The position numbers were made by a program, and so were the translations under genes. A stretch of 64,000 nucleotides of DNA, taken from positions 224,001-288,000 of the forward strand of contig OZ244744.1 in NCBI GenBank assembly GCA_965219455.1, read 5' to 3'. The stretch comes from Candidatus Latescibacterota bacterium (lineage in GTDB: Bacteria > Latescibacterota > UBA2968 > GCA-2709665). The stretch's first letter is position 1. Each line of letters begins with the position of its first letter. Shown here piece by piece: positions 57,865-64,000 of the stretch. The notes under the pieces were generated by a model. It saw only the letters and a program-made list of their open reading frames with translations. It did not search any database and had not been told where the DNA came from.

Positions 57865-59049
57865 ATGCTGACCGGCGAGTACGCCGATTTCGACCCCCAC
57901 GAATATAAACGACGTCTGGCCAAACTGCGGGATCTCATGTCACGCAACCGTCTGGACGCGGTCCTGATTACCACCGACACGAACCATCGCTACTTCAGCG
58001 GGCACTGGACCCATCGCTGGGGGCACAAGTTCACCTCTCTGTTCGCCCTGCTTCCACTCGAACGCGATCCCGTGCTCATCGTCCCGCCACTGGAAACGGG
58101 GATGTGTGAGGAGGACGCCTGGATCGAAGACCTGCGCACGTATAAGCCGCCCATCCGCGTCAGGGCGGGGGTCTCGCTTCTGACCGAAGTCATCCGCGAA
58201 CTTGGCCTCGACGGTGCCCGCATCGGCGCCGAACTGGGTGGCGTCCTCTGGTCGCGCATGCCCTACGACGACTTCGGACGTTTAAAGGCCAATCTTCCCG
58301 GCGTAGAATTCGCCGATGCCGCGCAACTGCTCTGGAAGACCCGGTTCTGCAAGTCCCGAGCCGAGATCGCCTATATTCGCAAAGCCGTCCAGATCACCGA
58401 CCAGGCCTATCGCACCCTCTTCGACACCGTTAAACCCGGCATGACCGAAAGGGATCTATATAGCCTGCTCTGTGTAGAGCACCTGAAACGGGGGATGGAC
58501 GCGCCCGGTTCGATCACGCTGGCCGCCTGCATCCCCGGCGACGCGCGTAGCAGCAACCGCAGCCTGCGCCGACACACCGACCGCACGCTGACCGAAGGCG
58601 AACTCATCGCCCACGACGCCGGCGGTGTGTACCGCGGATATTGGTCGGACTACACACGCATGTTCGCACTGGGTCGGGCCGAACAGGAACACAAGGACGC
58701 CTACAGGACCGTCTACGATTGTATGCAAGCTGCAAACGACGCGATCCGACCCGGCGTTCCAATCTCGGACCTGGTTCGCGTTTCGATCGAAACGCTGACA
58801 AGGGCGGGTTTCGTGGAGCAGGCGCAGCGCGTCACCGGGATCGGGCATGCCATAGGCCTCGACATTATCGAACCCCCGTTCATCGAACTCGAAGACGACA
58901 CCCTGTTGGCGGAAGGCATGGTTCTCACAGTCGAACCTTCTCTGTACACGGGTGGCGCGTACTTCATGCTCGAAGAGGATGTCGTCGTGACCGATACCGG
59001 CTGCGAAATCCTCTCGGAACCCGCTCCCGGGGAATTGCCGGTCCTGTAG
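57865..59049 (+). CDS. M24 Xaa-Pro peptidase family protein
   Basis: Creatinase-like N-domain, metal ligands HDAG/WSDY/GHAIG/VEP/LEED. Confidence 0.9.
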   Translation: MLTGEYADFDPHEYKRRLAKLRDLMSRNRLDAVLITTDTNHRYFSGHWTHRWGHKFTSLFALLPLERDPVLIVPPLETGMCEEDAWIEDLRTYKPPIRVRAGVSLLTEVIRELGLDGARIGAELGGVLWSRMPYDDFGRLKANLPGVEFADAAQLLWKTRFCKSRAEIAYIRKAVQITDQAYRTLFDTVKPGMTERDLYSLLCVEHLKRGMDAPGSITLAACIPGDARSSNRSLRRHTDRTLTEGELIAHDAGGVYRGYWSDYTRMFALGRAEQEHKDAYRTVYDCMQAANDAIRPGVPISDLVRVSIETLTRAGFVEQAQRVTGIGHAIGLDIIEPPFIELEDDTLLAEGMVLTVEPSLYTGGAYFMLEEDVVVTDTGCEILSEPAPGELPVL

Positions 59050-59176
59050 TCGCCTGCCGTTTCCTCCGAAACGCTTTGCCGCATTGACATCCACGCCGGA
59101 ACCGATTCGAAAAAGGGGCGCATGGCGCCCCGGTTTTCGGTGTGAATTTCCGTGTGTACGTGTATCGTTTTTTCCG

Positions 59177-60508
59177 CTAAAACGACTGAAGATCCTGAAT
59201 AACCAGTCCTGAATACACTTTCGGATAAAAGAACGTGGACTTGGGAGGCATTCGCTCGCCGGCCAGGACAACGCTGCGCAACTGGTTCATGCCCACGGGA
59301 TTCAGAAAGAAGCCAGCCCGATCGGGTGCGGCCTTCACCAGGTCCAGGACCTCACGCTCGACCTTTACAAACTTCACCTTCTCGCCCCGGGTCAATGTCT
59401 CCGGATCCAGATCCAGCGCCTTGCCCAGAACCAGTTGCAGCAACCCGGGGTCCAGCGCCCGCCACGCCTCCGAATGTCCGCAGCTGTCAAGTTCCGAGGG
59501 ATCCACGCTTCTCTTCATCGTCAGATAGTGCACTTCGGAACACGTTCCGTGGCAAAATCCGAATACGGTCCGGCCGCCACCGCGCCGTTTCAACTCCCGC
59601 AATACCGATTTGGTATCACTGAGGGGCGCCCGTTCAACGTCACACAGTTCCGCCAGCCCCTTCGTGAGTCTTGCGACCCCGCCCGCTCCCAGATCCAGGA
59701 CCACCCGGTGAATCGCATTGATGGCCATCCCCTCCGCATCGTCCATGTTCACGAGCGTCTGCATCCGGTACCCGTATGGCTTGCCCTGCCAATCCTCGCC
59801 ACTGGCCACCACGCGTTCATCCCGGTAGACCACCGCAGTTTCGTATCGGTGATGCCCGTCCGCGATGAAGAAAGGCTTGTCTTTAAGCGTACGGGCCACG
59901 TCGTCTACCACGGCTCTTTCCGTCACACGCCAGAACCTGTGTCCAACGCCGTCCTCGCCTGTAAATGCAAATAGCGGGGCGTCATCCAGGACTGGCGCCA
60001 CAATATTCCGCACGTGGTCACCGGGGTCGGAGTATAACGAGAAAATCTGGCCAAAGGCCGCACGGGTATGTCGCATGAGCGCCAGCCTGTCCACTTTCGG
60101 ACCCGGCATGGTATACTCATGCGGCAATATGGGGCCTTCTCCCAGCGCATCCGCACGCACCAGCGCCACAATCCCCAGCCTCGTCTTACTTTTCGTCCCC
60201 TCGGGGTTACTTACATCGAAGTCCTGTGCGTAGAGATAAATCCCCTCTTCCCGGTCTCGAACGAGGACACCCTCCTCAAGCCAGCCTCGATACGCCGCCG
60301 CGGCGCGGGTGTAACGATTCTCGTCAGTCGAATCCCCTGCATTCTGCACGCCCTGGATAATGCGCACGATGTTGTTGGGATGCGCGTCGTACAGTGCCCG
60401 TTGCATCGACCCGTCAATCACGTCGTAGGGCGGCGCGACGACGTCGCCAACGTTGCCTATCCTGTCGATTGCGTACCGAATTCCACGAAAAGCCCTGATC
60501 TCCGCCAT
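59177..60508 (-). CDS. DUF1015 family protein
   Basis: IRAFRGIRY, APPYDVI, ILPHEYT, IADGHHRYET, MPPKSTFFYPK. Confidence 0.92.
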   Translation of the reverse strand: MAEIRAFRGIRYAIDRIGNVGDVVAPPYDVIDGSMQRALYDAHPNNIVRIIQGVQNAGDSTDENRYTRAAAAYRGWLEEGVLVRDREEGIYLYAQDFDVSNPEGTKSKTRLGIVALVRADALGEGPILPHEYTMPGPKVDRLALMRHTRAAFGQIFSLYSDPGDHVRNIVAPVLDDAPLFAFTGEDGVGHRFWRVTERAVVDDVARTLKDKPFFIADGHHRYETAVVYRDERVVASGEDWQGKPYGYRMQTLVNMDDAEGMAINAIHRVVLDLGAGGVARLTKGLAELCDVERAPLSDTKSVLRELKRRGGGRTVFGFCHGTCSEVHYLTMKRSVDPSELDSCGHSEAWRALDPGLLQLVLGKALDLDPETLTRGEKVKFVKVEREVLDLVKAAPDRAGFFLNPVGMNQLRSVVLAGERMPPKSTFFYPKVYSGLVIQDLQSF

Positions 60509-60691
60509 TGGCCATCTCTCCGAGATTTTTCTGCAGCCACCGGATCCCATCCCCGTTGCCGCGGCGACCATCCGCTCGCACTCACGGCCGGGTTGACCGT
60601 TTGACCCGGCCCCATTGTCGTGAACCCAAGGGCCGGAAGGAGCAGCGAACGCGGGAAAAGCCCGGAAAATTCCGCAATAGGCTGGTAAACT

Positions 60692-61654
60692 TCACTCAAC
60701 GCGGCTTTCCAGCGTAGGGTATCCGACATTCCGATCCGTCTCGTTCAACAGCGGCACCCCCGCCATAAAACGTCTCAGATTCTCACAGAAAAAGTCAACA
60801 GTACGTTGAGGGCGGAAGTTGGATGCGCCCGCCGAGTGGGTTGTGATGATCACGTTCTCCAACTCCCATAGCGGGCTGGTCTCCGGCAACGGCTCGGTTT
60901 CGAAGACGTCCAACCCGGCTCCCGCAATTTCGCCGGACTCAAGTGCATCCGCCAGCGCCGCCTCGTCCACAATCGGGCCCCTTGCGGTATTGATCAGGAA
61001 GGCAGAATTCTTCATCAGACGGAACGCACGTTCATCAATCAGCCTTTCAGTCTGCGGCGTGTAGGGACAGGCGATAAACACCACGTCGGATGCCGACAGC
61101 ACATCTTCCAGCCGATCAGTTCCCCAAAGGGCCTCCACGTAATCCGGCCTTTCCGATTGCTGGACGTCCAGGGCGAGGATTCGCATTTCGAATCCCCGCG
61201 CCAGCCAGGCATACCGCCGTCCGATTCCTCCGAACCCGACAATCCCCGCCGTGGCCCCGTAAAGATCGCGGATCGGCACACCCTTCCATTCGTGCGAAAG
61301 CTGATTCCGGATGGATTGTTGCAGGCCGCGGAACAGCGCCGACGTCAGCGCCCATGCGTGTTCCGCCACCTGCATCGCATGCAGCCCGCTGGCGTTGCTC
61401 AATCTGAATCGGCCCTCCCGAACGCCCGGAATATCCAGCAACATATCCATGCCCGCGCTGGTGGTTTGAATCCACTTCACCCGCCTGGCTGCGCGGATGA
61501 TTTCCTCGTTGTACATTCCGAATATCACGTCCGCGTCTCCAACCACGGCATGCGCTTCGTCCATTGCCGCCATTGCCACCTCGGCCCCGGGCGCGGTTCG
61601 ACGCACCTGCTCACACAACGCCTCGCTCACCGGCGGGCACAGAACAATCTTCAT
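60692..61654 (-). CDS. D-2-hydroxyacid dehydrogenase
   Basis: VAEHA, GFGGIG, INTARG, LDVFETEP, THSAG. Confidence 0.92.
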   Translation of the reverse strand: MKIVLCPPVSEALCEQVRRTAPGAEVAMAAMDEAHAVVGDADVIFGMYNEEIIRAARRVKWIQTTSAGMDMLLDIPGVREGRFRLSNASGLHAMQVAEHAWALTSALFRGLQQSIRNQLSHEWKGVPIRDLYGATAGIVGFGGIGRRYAWLARGFEMRILALDVQQSERPDYVEALWGTDRLEDVLSASDVVFIACPYTPQTERLIDERAFRLMKNSAFLINTARGPIVDEAALADALESGEIAGAGLDVFETEPLPETSPLWELENVIITTHSAGASNFRPQRTVDFFCENLRRFMAGVPLLNETDRNVGYPTLESRVE

Positions 61655-61923
61655 GGGTAAACCTGCCTTTCCGATATGAACGCAGCCGGGAAACCGCATT
61701 CAACGGCAAACATCCCGCCCGGCAGACTCGCCTGTCGCCCTCCGGCGCCGGGGTCTTCCGGAGTCGTCCTGAACTTCCGTCAATTTCGGCGGTCCGATCG
61801 GATTGACCATCCCCTCACCGGGTCCTGCACGCCGTCTTAGAGGGTGTCCATTGACGACGGGGCCGTGCACGCGGCGCAAAGCCAGTCGAGATTGACCCTG
61901 CGCTCAGGTCTGATCCGCATTGC

Positions 61924-61952
61924 TTGACAAAACCGTATCCGCTGCTTACCAT
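61924..61952 (+). promoter_or_regulatory. sigma70-type promoter of the MFS gene
   Basis: TTGACA-N17-TACCAT. Confidence 0.6.
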
Positions 61953-61990
61953 ACCCATCTTTGGCGCCCATACAACCGCTGGCAGACCCC

Positions 61991-63214
61991 ATGACCGGAT
62001 CCACCCGCAATTCACTCGTCCTGCCCGTTTACGTTCCGTCGCTGATCCTGATGTTTGGCAATGGAATGCTTATTCCCATCCTTCCGCTCTACGCGAAGAC
62101 CTTCAGCGCGTCGTACGGTCTTGTGGGCGTCGTGCTTGCCGCCGAAGGCGTGGGCAGGCTGATCGGCGCTTTACCGGCCGGCATCCTGCTTGGCAGAGTA
62201 AGGCGGAAATCCGCAATGGTCCTTGGCGTAAGCTGCGTTGCCGTCTCCACGCTTATGCTGTTCTGGGCACGCGACGTCTACGAAGTCATGCTCTACCGGC
62301 TTGCAGCCGGCGTTGGAAGTTCGCTCTGGAGCATCGCATGCCACGCCTATCTGGCGGACGTTACCGCGGTTTTTCATCGAGGAAGGGCGCTCTCGATCTT
62401 CGGCGGCGTTCACCGGATCGGCAGCTTCGCCGGACCTGCTGCCGGTGGCGCGCTCGGCGCCTCCTACAGTCTGGAAACGCCATTCGTGGTGTTTGCCGCC
62501 CTGGCGACACTTGTCGCTATTGTAGCGATGACGACGTTCGGAACCGAAACGTCGCGTGTGGCGCCGACGGTGAGGGCCGGCCAAATCAGACGCCTGATGG
62601 CCATTTTCAAATCGCATTTTCGAGAACTTGCCACCGCAGGAACGGGGCAGCTCTTTGCCCAGACCATTCGAGCCGGACGCCCGGTGGTTGTGCCGCTGTA
62701 CGCGGCCGACGTGATCGGCCTGGACGTTCAGGCCATTGGATGGATCATCACCATTTCTGCGCTGGTTGACATGTCTCTTTTCTATCCCGCGGGCCATATT
62801 ATGGACCGTTACGGAAGAAAATTCGCGATGGTACCCTGCTTCCTTATCCAGGCAGTCGCAATGGCGGCCATTCCCTTCACCCACAGTTTTTCCGGGCTGC
62901 TTCTGGCCACATCGCTCCTGGGCCTGGGCAACGGCATCGGCTCCGGCTCCATGATGACACTCGGCGCGGACCTGGCACCCAGGGATTCTATCGGCGAGTT
63001 TCTGGGGGCCTGGCGCCTGGTTGGCGATACAGGCCATATGGGCGCGCCTCTCGTGATTGGGGGCATCGCCGATCTGCTCGGCCTCTCCCTCGCCACCTTT
63101 GCCATCGCGGGATTCGGCCTGCTTGCCTCGGGCACCTTTGCGTTCGTGGTGCCTGAAACCCTCACGGACGGTCCGTCTCCCGAGAGTTCCCCGCGTGGTG
63201 ACCCGCAAGAATGA
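61991..63214 (+). CDS. MFS transporter
   Basis: About 12 TM helices, GHIMDRYGRK motif A, RGRA, GP. Confidence 0.92.
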   Translation: MTGSTRNSLVLPVYVPSLILMFGNGMLIPILPLYAKTFSASYGLVGVVLAAEGVGRLIGALPAGILLGRVRRKSAMVLGVSCVAVSTLMLFWARDVYEVMLYRLAAGVGSSLWSIACHAYLADVTAVFHRGRALSIFGGVHRIGSFAGPAAGGALGASYSLETPFVVFAALATLVAIVAMTTFGTETSRVAPTVRAGQIRRLMAIFKSHFRELATAGTGQLFAQTIRAGRPVVVPLYAADVIGLDVQAIGWIITISALVDMSLFYPAGHIMDRYGRKFAMVPCFLIQAVAMAAIPFTHSFSGLLLATSLLGLGNGIGSGSMMTLGADLAPRDSIGEFLGAWRLVGDTGHMGAPLVIGGIADLLGLSLATFAIAGFGLLASGTFAFVVPETLTDGPSPESSPRGDPQE

Positions 63215-63356
63215 CCAGTCTTGCGAAAAAACCCCGCCCTTCGGGGCACAGGTTCACATAGGTGTCCCGAACGCCGCCCAACGTAGTCTGCAAACCCGGA
63301 GCGGTCAACCGAATCTCTCGACCTGCCCGAGAGCAGCCGCCTGCGGGCTGATTCAA

Positions 63357-63385
63357 TTGACAACGCTCGCGTCGCCCGTTAGATT
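63357..63385 (+). promoter_or_regulatory. sigma70-type promoter
   Basis: TTGACA-N17-TAGATT 50 nt before ATG 63435. Confidence 0.6.
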
Positions 63386-63434
63386 CCCTGAGACAGACTC
63401 CCACGATCCTCTACCCGAAAAAGAGACGGATCCG

Positions 63435-63635
63435 ATGACCAGAGAAAGTATCATTGCGGGCATCTGCCTGCTGATCACCCTGGGCCTGATGTGGCTTGTG
63501 GATCATCCGAACAAGGTTGCGGGCAGCGTTATCCTGGGTATTGTTTTCTGTGTCTTCATTCTGGTTGCTCGGCTGAAGGGCCGAAATAACTCTAGAACGA
63601 ACCGGATGATACGAAAACCGCCGGAACGAAAGTAA
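63435..63635 (+). CDS. small two-TM membrane protein
   Basis: Two hydrophobic helices and a basic tail, downstream of a promoter and upstream of GT2. Confidence 0.6.
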   Translation: MTRESIIAGICLLITLGLMWLVDHPNKVAGSVILGIVFCVFILVARLKGRNNSRTNRMIRKPPERK

Positions 63636-63671
63636 ACGCCTTCAGCCCTCTCCTGGAAGCCATTCCTTGCC

Positions 63672-64000
63672 ATGCATGCCTCTCCCAAAATCGCCGTGGT
63701 CATTCCGGTTTTCAACGAGCAGGAAGCCATTCAGAACGTACTGTCGGACATTCCGCGCCGTCTCGACGCCGACGTCGTGGTGGTGGACAACGGCTCCACC
63801 GACCGAACGGTCGACCTGGCCAGGCAGATGGGGGCCCGTATTGTTCACGAACATCGCAGGGGATACGGCTGGGCTTGCCTGGCGGGTATCGACTCCCTGG
63901 TGAAACCCGACATTGTCGTTTTCCTGGACGGCGATTACAGTGACCATCCCGATGAAATGACGCTTCTGGTGGAGCCCATCGTAGAGGGCCGCGCGGATCT
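63672..64000 (+). CDS. glycosyltransferase family 2 (3' end outside window)
   Basis: Translated by hand: IAVVIPVFNE..VVVDNGSTD..RRGYGWAC..VFLDGDYSD. Confidence 0.9.
   Translation, partial: MHASPKIAVVIPVFNEQEAIQNVLSDIPRRLDADVVVVDNGSTDRTVDLARQMGARIVHEHRRGYGWACLAGIDSLVKPDIVVFLDGDYSDHPDEMTLLVEPIVEGRAD

Noticed and set aside
60620-60646. GTGAACCCAAGGGCCGGAAGGAGCAGC resembles SRP RNA helix 8
   Set aside because: It lacks the CAGG symmetric loop and one stem base, and no long flanking helix was found. A cmsearch with the SRP model would settle it.

Overview
Bacterial chromosomal DNA, GC-rich overall with short AT-rich patches, from a diderm organism (TonB-dependent receptor, OprB porin, lipoprotein). 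The gene mix resembles FCB-group or uncultured catabolic lineages, but this is inference only. 1-10 kb: housekeeping genes (ftsH-folP, purM, holA, trxA, nadA) plus a GalU-like/GHMP-kinase pair. 10-28 kb: transport and catabolism (ABC-2 exporter, cupin, oxidoreductases, M19 dipeptidase, an intact RHH-PIN toxin-antitoxin pair, TBDR plus lipoprotein, OprB, heterodimeric ABC exporter). 28-36 kb: accessory island holding an IS3-like stub, a ~108-bp MITE, and four co-oriented toxin-antitoxin (TA) loci around a YhaO/YhaN (Mre11/Rad50-like) pair. Three of the four toxins are destroyed while their antitoxins are intact. The only intact pair is a RelE-like toxin with an unusual 175-aa helical partner. 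37.6-57.7 kb: long minus-strand catabolic run (Zn-ADH, two tandem uncharacterised paralogs, desaturase, FAH, creatininase, CoA-transferase, 3-hydroxyacyl-CoA DH, SDR, Ntn acylase, D-aminoacylase, enolase-family dehydratase, isochorismatase, a GH38 lacking its Zn ligands, EamA). The end of the window holds an M24 peptidase, DUF1015, D-2-hydroxyacid DH, MFS and a truncated GT2. No rRNA, tRNA or CRISPR array was recognised. All family calls come from motifs read by eye; no database searches were run.
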